A DNA stretch of 64,000 nucleotides from an uncultured Actinomycetota bacterium. Its GTDB lineage: Bacteria; Actinomycetota; Actinomycetes; Mycobacteriales; CAVVZQ01. The stretch is from positions 456,215-520,214 of the forward strand of contig CAVVZQ010000007.1 in NCBI GenBank assembly GCA_963752715.1. Reading direction: 5' to 3'. How positions within the stretch are numbered: position 1 is the first letter of the stretch; every line of letters starts with the position of its first letter. This document shows positions 46,323-55,947 of this stretch, in pieces. The notes beneath the pieces are model-generated. The model saw only the letters and a list, made by a program, of their open reading frames with translations. It did not search any database and had not been told where the DNA came from. The position numbers and the translations under genes were made by a program.

Positions 46323-46575
46323 AGGACTACCTCCGAGCTCGTCTGCGGCCAGTCCACCCACCGGACCTGCAGCTGCGATCGGCGACTAGGCGATCTGGCA
46401 GCGCGTGATCATGGGCCTACTCAGAAGGTATGAAAGGGAGAGGATCGGCGACAGCACCCAATGGATCCATTTCGCCCGGACCCGGCTAGTCATATGGGAC
46501 CATGACCCCTGGCTGTCCCGAGCCAGACGTGCGGGGCGGAACGCCCGGATGCCGGAATTTGTCGTGATCAACGTC

Positions 46576-46581
46576 TACCAT
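46576..46581 (+). promoter_or_regulatory. -10-like TACCAT, 7 nt upstream of the ponA GTG (leaderless geometry)
   Basis: TACCAT at 46576-46581; GTG at 46589. Confidence 0.4.
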
Positions 46582-46588
46582 ACGTGCT

Positions 46589-48838
46589 GTGGGTGGTCTG
46601 GATCGGCGACTTCGTGCTGCCGGTGTCGCGTTGGGGGCAAGCGCCGCCCTGGGTGTGATGGTGGCAGGCTTGGCTCTGCCTGCCGTGAGTGGCGTCGCGT
46701 ACGTCGCCAACGCCGGGGTGGACTCCTGGGACTCGCTTCCGGAGGAGCTGGCCATCGGCACCCCGGCGGAGAAGACGCGCATCCTGGCCGCGGACGGTAC
46801 CCAGATCGCCACCCTGTTCGAGCAGAACCGCGAGAACGTCCCGCTCGACGCCATACCGCAGCACGTGCAGGACGCCGTTCTCGCCATCGAGGACGCCCGC
46901 TTCTACGAGCACAACGGGGTGGACGTCAAGAGCATCCTGCGCGCTGCCGCCACCAACCGGGAAGAGGGTGAAATCGCGCAGGGCGGGTCGACGATCACCC
47001 AGCAGTACGTCAAGAACGTCCTGGTGAACCAGGCCGAGTCCGCCGAGGAGCGCTCGCAGGCCACCGAGCAGTCTGTCACCCGCAAGCTGCGCGAGGTCCG
47101 CTACGCGATGGCGCTGGAGAAGCAGCTCGGCAAGGACGAGATCCTCGAGCGCTATTTGAACATCGTCTATGTGGGCCAGGGCGCGTACGGACTCCAGGCC
47201 GCCGCCAAGGCGTACTTCAGCAAACCGGTCGGACAGCTGACGATCGCGGAGGGCGCCTACCTGGCGGGTCTGCTCCATGCCCCCAGCGCGTACGACAACG
47301 CCCTCGAGGAGGGTGCGGTGGTCCGTCGCAACCTCGTTCTCGACCGCATGGCCTACTACGGGTACATCACGCCCGAGGAGAAGGAACAGGCACAGGCCCA
47401 GCCCGCCGGACTGCAGTTCTCCAGCACTCCCAACGGCTGCCAGGCCGCCGGCGACTACGGGTTCTACTGCGACTACGTACGTCGCTTCCTCGAGGACGAC
47501 CCGGCCTTCGGCGAGACTCCCGAGGAGCGCCGCAACCTGCTCTACCGAGGCGGACTCACGATCCAGACGCCGCTCGACCTCCGGATGCAGAAGATCGTCC
47601 AGGACGTCGTGGACTACCGGATCCCCCGCGACAGCGAGTTCGCCAGCGTCGTGGTGATGGTCGAACCGGGTACCGGCGACGTCAAGGCGATGGGTATCAA
47701 CCGGACGTTCGGCAAGAATCCCGACCGGCCTGACATGACCGAGGTTCCGCTGGCGACCACGCCCGCGTTCCCCGCCGGCTCGACATTCAAGGTCTTCACT
47801 CTGGTGACGGCACTGGAGAAGGGTGTACGACCGTCGTTCACCCTGGAGGCTCCGGCGACGTACACGTCAAACCGGTTCCTCGACGAGGACAAGCGGCCCT
47901 GGAAGGTCACCAACGCGGGGGACACGCCGCGCGGAGGCACCTACGACCTGACCCGCGCCACCTGGAGCTCGGTCAACACCTACTACGTGCAGCTCGAGGA
48001 GAAGATCGGCGTGCCGCCGATCGCCGAGACCGCGCACCGGATGGGTCTGACGTCGCTGCCCGTCGACGAGATCGGCAACAACGAGGGGTCCTTCACGCTC
48101 GGCGCGCGGGAAACCTCCCCGCTGGAGATGGCTTCGGCGTATGCGACCCTCGCGGCGCGCGGCGTCTACTGTGCTCCGCGGCCCGTTCTGACGGTCCAGC
48201 GGGAAGGGCAGCCCGTACCGTCCACCCCGCAGTCGTGCGAGCGCGTCATCGCCGAGAACGTGGCAGACACCGCCAACACCATTCTGAGCGGAGTCATCAG
48301 CCAGGGAACCGGCAGCAACGCGTACATCGGCCGTCAGGCCGCCGGCAAGACCGGTACGGTCGGCGACTTCAAGGCGGCATGGTTCGTGGGCTACACCCCC
48401 CAGCTCTCCGCGGCGGCAATGATCTCCGACCCCGAGGTGCCCAAGAAGCAGCTGAAGAACACCGTGGTCGGCCGCTCCTACTACTCACGCGTGTACGGCA
48501 GCACGATCACCGCACCGATGTGGGCCTACGCGATGCGCAACGCGCTGTCCGGCCAGTCCTACGCCGGCTTCGAGAGCGGCAACGACGCCGTGATCGGCAA
48601 CGTGGTGCCGGACGTCCGCGGCAAGACCTTCACGGAAGCCTTCGAGATCCTCCGCGAGAACGGGTTCGACCCCATCCTCTCCACCGAGCCCGTCAAGTCC
48701 GACTACCCGCTGGGCACGATTGCGGACAGTGACCCGGGGCCGGGCACCCGGTCCAGCTTCGGAACCGATGTCACCCTCACGCTGTCCGGTGGTCAGAACG
48801 ACCTGCTCGGCGTGAGCCCGGAGGACATCTACAACTAG
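46589..48838 (+). CDS. ponA: Class A penicillin-binding protein (transglycosylase + transpeptidase + PASTA)
   Basis: EDARFYEHNGVD and GGSTITQQ (glycosyltransferase). GSTFK and KTGT (transpeptidase). C-terminal PASTA VPDVRGKTFTEAFEIL. Confidence 0.9.
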   Translation: MGGLDRRLRAAGVALGASAALGVMVAGLALPAVSGVAYVANAGVDSWDSLPEELAIGTPAEKTRILAADGTQIATLFEQNRENVPLDAIPQHVQDAVLAIEDARFYEHNGVDVKSILRAAATNREEGEIAQGGSTITQQYVKNVLVNQAESAEERSQATEQSVTRKLREVRYAMALEKQLGKDEILERYLNIVYVGQGAYGLQAAAKAYFSKPVGQLTIAEGAYLAGLLHAPSAYDNALEEGAVVRRNLVLDRMAYYGYITPEEKEQAQAQPAGLQFSSTPNGCQAAGDYGFYCDYVRRFLEDDPAFGETPEERRNLLYRGGLTIQTPLDLRMQKIVQDVVDYRIPRDSEFASVVVMVEPGTGDVKAMGINRTFGKNPDRPDMTEVPLATTPAFPAGSTFKVFTLVTALEKGVRPSFTLEAPATYTSNRFLDEDKRPWKVTNAGDTPRGGTYDLTRATWSSVNTYYVQLEEKIGVPPIAETAHRMGLTSLPVDEIGNNEGSFTLGARETSPLEMASAYATLAARGVYCAPRPVLTVQREGQPVPSTPQSCERVIAENVADTANTILSGVISQGTGSNAYIGRQAAGKTGTVGDFKAAWFVGYTPQLSAAAMISDPEVPKKQLKNTVVGRSYYSRVYGSTITAPMWAYAMRNALSGQSYAGFESGNDAVIGNVVPDVRGKTFTEAFEILRENGFDPILSTEPVKSDYPLGTIADSDPGPGTRSSFGTDVTLTLSGGQNDLLGVSPEDIYN

Positions 48839-48886
48839 GTGCTCGCTCTCGCCAGCAGCTTGCTCTCGCCGGGCGGCGGAAGCCCG

Positions 48887-49342
48887 CTAGGCGGACAGTC
48901 GGGCCTTCACCGCAGGCGCGACCACGCTGCCGTCCGCCCGCCCCTCCGAGCGGGCGAGAACCTCCTTGATGACGCGCCCTGTCTCGCGAGGGCCGCTGGC
49001 GCCCAGGTCGGTCACGACAGAGTCGACCAGCGCCTCGATCTCCTGCGGCGAGAGCGGCTGCGGAAGGTAGCCCGACAGCACCTCCGCCTCGGCGCGCTCC
49101 CGAGCCGCGCTCTCGAGGCGCCCGGCAGCCTCGAACGCCTCAGCGGCCTCGACGCGACGCTTCCTCTCGCGGGTGAGGACGCGCCGGACCTCGTCCTCGC
49201 TCAGGGTCCGGGCCTGCGCCCCCGAGACCTGCTCCACCTGGATCGACGTCAGGGTCAGGCGCAGAGTGCTCACCCGCACCTCGTCGCGGGCCCTGAGCGC
49301 CTCGGTCAGGTCCAACCTCAGCTGTTCGGCCAGTGATGTCAC
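48887..49342 (-). CDS. GatB/YqeY-domain protein
   Basis: 151 aa. LTEALRARDEVRVSTLRLTLTSI is typical of YqeY. Confidence 0.85.
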   Translation of the reverse strand: MTSLAEQLRLDLTEALRARDEVRVSTLRLTLTSIQVEQVSGAQARTLSEDEVRRVLTRERKRRVEAAEAFEAAGRLESAARERAEAEVLSGYLPQPLSPQEIEALVDSVVTDLGASGPRETGRVIKEVLARSEGRADGSVVAPAVKARLSA

Positions 49343-50298
49343 GGCAGGACCCTACCGCTGTTCCTACCCTGGACCTCGTGCCCCGAAACCCGACCGGCCG
49401 TCAGGTCACGGCCTCTCTCGCGGTGGCGGTCGTCGCCGGCGCCGCGCTGGTGACATATGCGGGCGTTGTCGAGCGCAACCGCTTCACGCTGCGACGGCTG
49501 AGCATGCCCGTCCTGGCTCCGGGCACGCCCCCGATGACCGTGCTGCACCTGTCGGACCTGCACATGGTGCCGGGCCAGCGGCGCAAGCGGGAGTGGGTGC
49601 GACGGCTCGCCGACTACCGGCCTGACCTGGTCGTGAACAGCGGGGACACGCTGACCTGGGCGAGCTCGGTCCCCGCAGCGCTCGACGCGCTGGACCCGCT
49701 GCTCGACCGTCCCGGTGTGTTCGTGATGGGCAACAACGACTACTACCAGCCGGTTGCGAAAAGCCCACTCACCTACTTCGACCCCGAGGACAGCGACCGG
49801 CACGGGCCCGAGCTTCCCTGGCGCGAGCTGAGCGCTGCGTTGCGTCACCGGGGCTGGCTCGACCTGGACAATCGTCGAGGGACCGTGCACCTGCCGCAGG
49901 GCAGGGTCGCGGTGACCGGTCTCGACGATCCCCACCTGGGACGAGACCGTTTCGATGCGGTTTCCGGACCGGCCGACCCAGACGCGGCCCTACGGCTGGC
50001 CGTGCTCCACGCACCACAGCCCACCCTGCTCGACTCCTTCGCGGCGGAGGGCTACGACCTCGCGCTGGCCGGACACACCCACGGGGGCCAGGTACGGCTG
50101 CCGGGCTTCGGCGCAGCCGTCACCAACTGCCACATCGACCGCCACCACGCACGGGGGGCCTTTCCCTGGCCCGACCCGGGAGGTCGGATGCGGGTGAACG
50201 TCTCGGCAGGGCTGGGTACGTCGCCGTACGCGCCGGTGCGCCTGTTCTGCCCTCCGGAGGCAACGCTGCTCACGCTTGTGGCTCGGGACAGCCGGTAG
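49333..50298 (+). CDS. Metallophosphoesterase
   Basis: VLHLSDLHM, GDT and GNNDY motifs, then GHTHGGQ. The start is uncertain because it overlaps the divergent yqeY start. Confidence 0.8.
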   Translation: MMSRQDPTAVPTLDLVPRNPTGRQVTASLAVAVVAGAALVTYAGVVERNRFTLRRLSMPVLAPGTPPMTVLHLSDLHMVPGQRRKREWVRRLADYRPDLVVNSGDTLTWASSVPAALDALDPLLDRPGVFVMGNNDYYQPVAKSPLTYFDPEDSDRHGPELPWRELSAALRHRGWLDLDNRRGTVHLPQGRVAVTGLDDPHLGRDRFDAVSGPADPDAALRLAVLHAPQPTLLDSFAAEGYDLALAGHTHGGQVRLPGFGAAVTNCHIDRHHARGAFPWPDPGGRMRVNVSAGLGTSPYAPVRLFCPPEATLLTLVARDSR

Positions 50299-50329
50299 CC
50301 GCGGGCAGCCGTTACACTGGACCGGCGTT

Positions 50330-50403
50330 CGGGATGTAGCGCAGCTTGGGAGCGCGCCTCGTTCGGGTCGAGGAGGTCGTGGGTTCAAATCCCGCCATCC
50401 CGA
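50330..50403 (+). tRNA. tRNA-Pro (anticodon CGG)
   Basis: Acceptor CGGGATG/CATCCCG, anticodon arm CCTCG-TTCGGGT-CGAGG, T arm GTGGG-TTCAAAT-CCCGC. Confidence 0.9.
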
Positions 50404-50427
50404 CGGTGTGATGTCTCAGGACATCGT

Positions 50428-50464
50428 GAACGGCCGAACCCACGACTTGTGGGTTCGGCCGTTC
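50428..50464 (+). terminator. 16-bp perfect-stem hairpin after tRNA-Pro
   Basis: GAACGGCCGAACCCAC-gactt-GTGGGTTCGGCCGTTC, followed by TGTTTCG. Confidence 0.6.
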
Positions 50465-50558
50465 TGTTTCGTGGAAGTCCGGGGGGCCTCCGGTGCCGTG
50501 GCAGGTGCCGCCGATCCGAAGCTCGACAGCCTGCTCTGTCGTGGTCATACTTTGGACC

Positions 50559-50840
50559 ATGACGACGATGTCGCTAGCTGATGCGAAGGCGCACTTGTCC
50601 GACGTGGTGGGCCGCGTCAGCAGGCAACACGAGCGGGTCACCGTCACCGTGCACGGCCGCCCGTCGGCGGTCCTGCTGTCCCCCGAAGACCTGGAACGAC
50701 TGGAGGAGACGATCGCCGTCCTCGCCGACAGTAGCCTGATGACGCAGCTGGCGGCAGCCGAGGCGGACGTGGCGGCCGGTCGAGTGGAGACGCAGGAAGA
50801 ACTCGACACCGCCATGGAGCTGCGCCGGAACCGGGCGTGA
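50559..50840 (+). CDS. yefM: Phd/YefM-family type II antitoxin
   Basis: MTTMSLADAKAHLSDVVGRV...RVTVTVHGRPSAVLLSPEDLERLEETI. Confidence 0.85.
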   Translation: MTTMSLADAKAHLSDVVGRVSRQHERVTVTVHGRPSAVLLSPEDLERLEETIAVLADSSLMTQLAAAEADVAAGRVETQEELDTAMELRRNRA

Positions 50841-51115
50841 GCGAGCGGCCGTACTCGCTGAGAATCGTGTCGACGGCTCGGCGTCAGCTGGCCGAGGATC
50901 TCCCAGAGGCCGTCGCGTTCGCGGCACACGAGTTCATCAACGGGCCCCTGCTGAGCGACCCGTACCGCGTCGGCAAGCGGTTGATGCCTCCGCTGGACGA
51001 CCGGTACAGCGGAAGGCGCGGCACCTACCGCATCCTGTACCGCATCGATGCGCCTCGCCGGACGGTCACCGTCCTGGCGGTCGGCCAGCGCGGGGGCGTC
51101 TACCGATCGGGGTAG
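50837..51115 (+). CDS. relE: RelE/ParE-family type II toxin
   Basis: 92 aa with GTYRILYRIDAPRRTVTVLAVGQRGGVY. GTGA overlap with the antitoxin. Confidence 0.85.
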   Translation: MSERPYSLRIVSTARRQLAEDLPEAVAFAAHEFINGPLLSDPYRVGKRLMPPLDDRYSGRRGTYRILYRIDAPRRTVTVLAVGQRGGVYRSG

Positions 51116-51218
51116 CGGCGGAGAGGCCGCCGCGTCCGCGCTCAACCCAACCTGACCGCTCTCGCCCTCGGCCCGAGCGGCTGCAGGTGGGGCCTCTCAG
51201 CGTGGCTGACGGGCACCA

Positions 51219-52400
51219 CTAGCCACCTGAGGTGGCGGCTTCCTCGGTCGGGGCCGACAGCGCCGGCCAGGCGAGATCGGCCCCCGCCGGTAACACGGCT
51301 AGGGCAGCCACCAGCAGCAGCGCGACCCTGACGTCCAGGCCAGCCCCTACCATCCCGGCGAGCGCGAGGATGCCGGCGATCGCGCCAGCGGCGGCGATCA
51401 AGGGTGCCGGTACGCCGGGCCTCGGCCGCTCGAACACACCGCTCCTCGGCAGCACGGTGACCGCGCGAAGGAGCGCGAGGCCGAGCAGGGCAGCGGCTAC
51501 CGCAGCCGCCAGGACCGCCAGAACCATGCCGTCCATCTCCGCGCCGGGTTCCAGCAGCCCGCTGCGGCGCACGCCCACAGGCAGCAGTGCGAGGCCCACA
51601 GTGACGAGCAAGTGAGCCACGACCCACACGTACACCGACGCCGGCGAGGGGCGGACATCGGCCTCGATCCGCGCCACGTACAGCAGCCCGAGACTCAGGA
51701 TCACCACGCCGAGAAACACGCACAGCCCCACCGTGAGGCCGGTGAAGCCCTGGCCGGAGAGTGCGGTGACTGCCTTGAACACGGCCGCTGCCAGCAGAAT
51801 TACCGTGAACAGGGCATACCGCTCCACCATGTGCTCGCTCGCCGTGGGTGGGTGGTGATGCCTGCGGCCGGCCTCCGTGGAGACCGAGCCCACGACCATG
51901 ATGAGCAGCGACAGACCCCACAGCGCCTGCTGTGCGGTGCCCGAGAACACCGTGGACACCGGCAGGAGCGCTGCTGCCAGCAGCCCCACCCACACGTACC
52001 GGTCCACGAGCAGGCGGGACGGGCCGGTGTCGGGCTCGGCGACCAGATAGACGCCCAGCAGCGCTAGTCGCGCGACGAAGAAGGACCATGCGAAGGCGTC
52101 GGCAGTGACACCGGTGGCGGTCGGCACCGTGACGGCGACCACGATGAGGGCTATCACCTGTACGGCGACGAGCAGCCTGGCGACCGGCGAGTGGTCCACG
52201 TACCGGCGGAAGCTCAGGGCCGTACCGGTCCAGGACCACCACAGCAGCGCGAGGACCAGGAACCACCTGGCCAGTCCGACAACCGTCAGGTCGTCGCTGA
52301 CGATGTCTCCGGCCTGCACGATCGCAATCACGGCAACCAGGTCGAAGAGCACCTCAAACCAGGTGACGCGCTGCAGTCGCGCTGCGGCCGAGGCAGGCAC
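51219..52400 (-). CDS. Low-temperature-requirement LtrA-family membrane protein
   Basis: VTWFEVLFDLVAVIAIVQ N-terminal motif; multi-TM, 393 aa. Confidence 0.8.
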   Translation of the reverse strand: MPASAAARLQRVTWFEVLFDLVAVIAIVQAGDIVSDDLTVVGLARWFLVLALLWWSWTGTALSFRRYVDHSPVARLLVAVQVIALIVVAVTVPTATGVTADAFAWSFFVARLALLGVYLVAEPDTGPSRLLVDRYVWVGLLAAALLPVSTVFSGTAQQALWGLSLLIMVVGSVSTEAGRRHHHPPTASEHMVERYALFTVILLAAAVFKAVTALSGQGFTGLTVGLCVFLGVVILSLGLLYVARIEADVRPSPASVYVWVVAHLLVTVGLALLPVGVRRSGLLEPGAEMDGMVLAVLAAAVAAALLGLALLRAVTVLPRSGVFERPRPGVPAPLIAAAGAIAGILALAGMVGAGLDVRVALLLVAALAVLPAGADLAWPALSAPTEEAATSGG

Positions 52401-52404
52401 GGCG

Positions 52405-53487
52405 CTACCCGCCCCGTGCGGCCGACTCGCCCAGCTCCTCGGCGAGCAGTTCCGCGATCTGGGCCGTGTTCAAGGCGGCACCCTTGCGCAGGTTGTCGCC
52501 GCACACGAACAGCTCAAGCTCCCGCGGGTCGTCCAGCGAGACCCGCACCCGCCCCACGTACGTCGGATCCGTGCCGACCACGTCCGCGGGTGTCGGGAAC
52601 AGCCCCTCTGCCGGGTCGTCCATCACCACGACACCTGGCGAGGACCTCAGCGTCTCGTGCGCCGCCGCCACCGACGTCGGCGCGGAGAACCGGGCGTGCA
52701 CCGCCAACGAGTGGGTCGTGACGACGGGCACCCGCACGCAGGTTGCCGAGACCTTCAGGTCCGGCAGGCCGAGGATCTTGCGTGACTCGTTGCGGACCTT
52801 GAGCTCCTCGCTCGTCCAGCCGCCGTCCTTCAGCGAGCCCGCCATCGGCACCACATTCAAGGCCAGCGGGGCGGGGAAGGGCGACGGGCCGTCCGGAACC
52901 TTGCGCCGCACGCCGCCGGGGAGGTCGGCCGACGCGCGATCCCCCTCCAGGGATGCCAGCTCGTCGTAGAGCCGGTCAATCCCAGGTTGGCCGGCACCTG
53001 AAGCAGCCTGGTAGGACGCCACAAACAGCGACTCCAGCCCGAAGCGCCGGTGCAGTGCGCCGAGCGCGACGATCATGGACAGCGTCGTGCAGTTCGGATT
53101 GGCGATGATCCCCTTGGGTCGGTCACGTGCGGCCTGCGGGTTCACCTCCGGGACCACCAGTGGCACCTCGGGGTCCATCCGGAAGGCCGCGGAGTTGTCG
53201 ACCGCGACGCACCCTCGCGCCGCGGCAACCGGCGCCCACTGCGCGGACACCTCGTCCGGCACGTCGAACATGGCCACGTCGGCGCCGTCGAAGACCTCCG
53301 GAGCCAGCGCCTGGACGGTCACGTCCTGGCCCCGCACCTGCAGGACCTTTCCGGCGCTGCGCGCAGATGCCACCAGCCGGATCTCGCCCCATAGGTTCTC
53401 ACGCGTGGTCAGCAGGTCCAGCATCACGCTGCCCACCGCACCGGTCGCGCCGACGACGACGAGCGTCGGCCCCTGGACCGCGCTCAT
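52405..53487 (-). CDS. asd: Aspartate-semialdehyde dehydrogenase
   Basis: [13 protein letters not shown] and NPNCTTLSM (active-site Cys). ATGA overlap with ask. Confidence 0.95.
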   Translation of the reverse strand: MSAVQGPTLVVVGATGAVGSVMLDLLTTRENLWGEIRLVASARSAGKVLQVRGQDVTVQALAPEVFDGADVAMFDVPDEVSAQWAPVAAARGCVAVDNSAAFRMDPEVPLVVPEVNPQAARDRPKGIIANPNCTTLSMIVALGALHRRFGLESLFVASYQAASGAGQPGIDRLYDELASLEGDRASADLPGGVRRKVPDGPSPFPAPLALNVVPMAGSLKDGGWTSEELKVRNESRKILGLPDLKVSATCVRVPVVTTHSLAVHARFSAPTSVAAAHETLRSSPGVVVMDDPAEGLFPTPADVVGTDPTYVGRVRVSLDDPRELELFVCGDNLRKGAALNTAQIAELLAEELGESAARGG

Positions 53488-54761
53488 CGACCGGTCCCCG
53501 CGTACACCGTCGCCTCCCCTTCGGCGTCGAGACCGAATGCCTCGTGAACCGCCCGTACGGCGTTGGGAACATCGTCGGAGCGGCACACGATGGAGATCCT
53601 GATCTCCGAGGTGGAGATGATCTCCACGTTCACGTCCGCCTTGCCCAGCGCCTCGAAGAACGTGGCCGACACTCCCGGGTGGGACCGCATCCCGGCACCC
53701 ACGAGCGACACCTTGCCGATCTGGTCGTCGTAGCGCAGCTTGCGGAACCCGATGGTCTCGCGGTTTCGCTCGAGGGCACTCATCGCCGTCTGCGCATCGC
53801 CTATCGGGACCGTGAAGGAGATGTCCGTCAGCCCGGTCTCCGCCGCGGAGACGTTCTGGACGATCATGTCGATGTTCACCTCGACGTCGGCCAGCGTCCG
53901 GAATATCCCCGCTGCCTCACCGGGTCGGTCGGGCACGCCCACGATGGTGATCTTCGCCTCGGACTGGTCGTGTGCGACACCGGCGATGATGGCCTGTTCC
54001 ACGGCGGGGTCCTCCTGCGGGTCGTCGATGCTGCCCGCCACGAGAGTGCCGGGTGCGTGGCTGAACGAGGAGCGCACGCGCAGCGGGATGCCGTACTGGC
54101 GGGCGTACTCCACCGCCCTCAGGTGCAGTACCTTCGCCCCGGCCGCGGCCAGCTCCATCATCTCCTCGTACCGAAGGTGGTCGATGGGGCTGGCCTTGGG
54201 AGCGAGGCGGGGGTCGGCGGTGAACACGCCGTCCACGTCCGTGTAGATCTCGCAGAGGTCCGCCCCCAGAGCGGCGGCCAGAGCGACCGCGGTGGTGTCC
54301 GACCCGCCCCTGCCGAGGGTCGTGACGTCCTTGGTGTCCTGAGAGACGCCCTGGAATCCGGCCACGATGGCAACCGCGCCGGCATCCAGTGCCTCCTGGA
54401 TGCGGCCGGGTGTGACCTTTCGGATCCTGGCCCGGCCATGCACGCTGTCGGTGATCACGCCGGCCTGCGACCCCGTGAAGGAGCGGGCCTCATGGCCGGA
54501 GGTCGCGATGGCCATGGCCAGCAGCGCCATCGAGATCCGTTCCCCGGCCGTCAGGAGCATGTCCAGCTCGCGGCCGGGGGGAAGCGGGGAGACGGTCCGG
54601 GCCATGTCGAGAAGCTCGTCGGTCGTGTCACCCATGGCGGAGACGACCACCACGACGTCCGCGCCCTCACGCCGGGTCCGTACGATCCGGTCCGCGACGC
54701 GCTTGATCGACTCCGCGTCGGCGACCGAGGAGCCACCGTACTTCTGCACGATCACCGTCAC
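53484..54761 (-). CDS. ask: Aspartokinase (alpha subunit; internal beta-subunit start at 54002)
   Basis: [11 protein letters not shown], followed by ACT domains. GTG at 54761 is preceded by CAGGAGGGAG. The internal GTG at 54002 is preceded by GCAGGAGGAC. Confidence 0.95.
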   Translation of the reverse strand: MTVIVQKYGGSSVADAESIKRVADRIVRTRREGADVVVVVSAMGDTTDELLDMARTVSPLPPGRELDMLLTAGERISMALLAMAIATSGHEARSFTGSQAGVITDSVHGRARIRKVTPGRIQEALDAGAVAIVAGFQGVSQDTKDVTTLGRGGSDTTAVALAAALGADLCEIYTDVDGVFTADPRLAPKASPIDHLRYEEMMELAAAGAKVLHLRAVEYARQYGIPLRVRSSFSHAPGTLVAGSIDDPQEDPAVEQAIIAGVAHDQSEAKITIVGVPDRPGEAAGIFRTLADVEVNIDMIVQNVSAAETGLTDISFTVPIGDAQTAMSALERNRETIGFRKLRYDDQIGKVSLVGAGMRSHPGVSATFFEALGKADVNVEIISTSEIRISIVCRSDDVPNAVRAVHEAFGLDAEGEATVYAGTGR

Positions 54762-54826
54762 GCGCGCTGCTCCCTCCTGTGGGGGCATCATTCCGTACGA
54801 GCCTACGCGGCCCGCCGACAGGTACC

Positions 54827-55426
54827 TCAGCCGTCCACACGCCGCCGACCTGCGAACGCCCGACCGAGTGTGACCTCGTCGGCGTACTCCAGGTCGCCGC
54901 CCACCGGCAGGCCGCTCGCCAGCCTCGAGACCTCGACGTCCAGCGGCGCCATCAGGCGGGCGAGGTACGTCGCCGTCGCCTCCCCCTCCAGGTTCGGGTC
55001 GGTGGCCAAGATGACCTCCCGCACCCCCCCGTCCGAGAGCCGCTGCAGCAGCTCACGCACTCGCAGGTCATCCGGTCCGACCCCCTCGATGGGAGAGATG
55101 GCGCCCCCCAGGACGTGGTAACGGCCCCGGAACTCCTGGGTCCGCTCGATCGCGACGACGTCCTTGGGCTCCTCGACGACGCAGATCACGTCCTCGGCGC
55201 GGCGCGGGTCGGAGCAGATCCGACAGCGCTCCCGCTCCGAGACGTTGCCGCAGACCTGGCAGAAGCGGATCTCCGCCGCGACCCGCTCGATAGCCGAGAC
55301 CAGCCGGCGGATGTCCACCGGGTCCGTGTTGAGCAAGTGAAAGGCGATCCGCTGGGCACTCTTGGGGCCAACTCCCGGGAGCCGCCCCAGCTCGTCGACC
55401 AGGTCCTGCAGCGGCCCCTCGTACAT
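54827..55426 (-). CDS. recR: Recombination protein RecR
   Basis: [17 protein letters not shown], Zn finger [16 protein letters not shown] and a Toprim domain. Confidence 0.95.
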   Translation of the reverse strand: MYEGPLQDLVDELGRLPGVGPKSAQRIAFHLLNTDPVDIRRLVSAIERVAAEIRFCQVCGNVSERERCRICSDPRRAEDVICVVEEPKDVVAIERTQEFRGRYHVLGGAISPIEGVGPDDLRVRELLQRLSDGGVREVILATDPNLEGEATATYLARLMAPLDVEVSRLASGLPVGGDLEYADEVTLGRAFAGRRRVDG

Positions 55427-55445
55427 GGCGCCCCCCTCCCTCAGG

Positions 55446-55817
55446 TCAGAGCCCGAGCGAACCCAGCGGGCCGCCAGGTCCTGCGCCGCCCCCCATCCCG
55501 CCAGGCATGGCGGGCATGAGCTCCGCGGCAAGCTCGCCGGCCGCCCTGGTGGCGTCCCTGACCGCGGCCACGACGAGATCCGCCAGCGTCTCGGTGTCGT
55601 TCGGGTCCACCGCCGACGGATCGATGACCAGGCCGACAAGCTCCCCGGTGCCCTTCACCGTGGCCGTCACCAGCCCACCGCCTGCCGTTCCGCTCACTTC
55701 CCGGCCAGCCAGCTCATCCTGGGCGGCGGTCAGCTGCGCCTGGAGCTGTTGAGCCTGCTTCATCAGCGCCTGCATGTTCGGCTGGCCGCCCCTGGGCATG
55801 TTGGACACGATCGACAC
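55446..55817 (-). CDS. ybaB: YbaB/EbfC nucleoid-associated protein
   Basis: [23 protein letters not shown]. The ATG at 55799 is an alternative start. Confidence 0.9.
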   Translation of the reverse strand: MSIVSNMPRGGQPNMQALMKQAQQLQAQLTAAQDELAGREVSGTAGGGLVTATVKGTGELVGLVIDPSAVDPNDTETLADLVVAAVRDATRAAGELAAELMPAMPGGMGGGAGPGGPLGSLGL

Positions 55818-55821
55818 CTTC

Positions 55822-55894
55822 CTGTCTTCGCTGCGGCCCTGTCTCGTCGCTACGGCCCCGTCTTGACTAGCGCTGTCTCGCAGAGCGCCTGTCT
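55822..55894. repeat. Five copies of C(T/C)GTCT spaced 15-19 bp apart in the dnaX-ybaB spacer
   Basis: CTGTCT at 55822, 55839, 55873 and 55889; CCGTCT at 55858. Flanked by or overlapping three CTAG sites and the IR CTAGCG/CGCTAG (55866-55902). Confidence 0.7.
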
Positions 55895-55947
55895 CCCGCT
55901 AGCCAGGCCAAGGCTAGACGGTGACCGTGACAGCGCACCGCAGGCTC

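Noticed and set aside
46386-46571. 61-aa minus-strand ORF in the whiB-ponA spacer.
   Set aside because: Poor codon usage for this genome, no RBS or promoter geometry, and no recognisable motif.
46564-46579. GTGATCAACGTCTA near the ponA promoter, considered as a CRP-like site.
   Set aside because: Only 6 of 8 core positions match (GTGA-N6-TCTA), and the sequence overlaps the -10-like hexamer. This is too weak to call.
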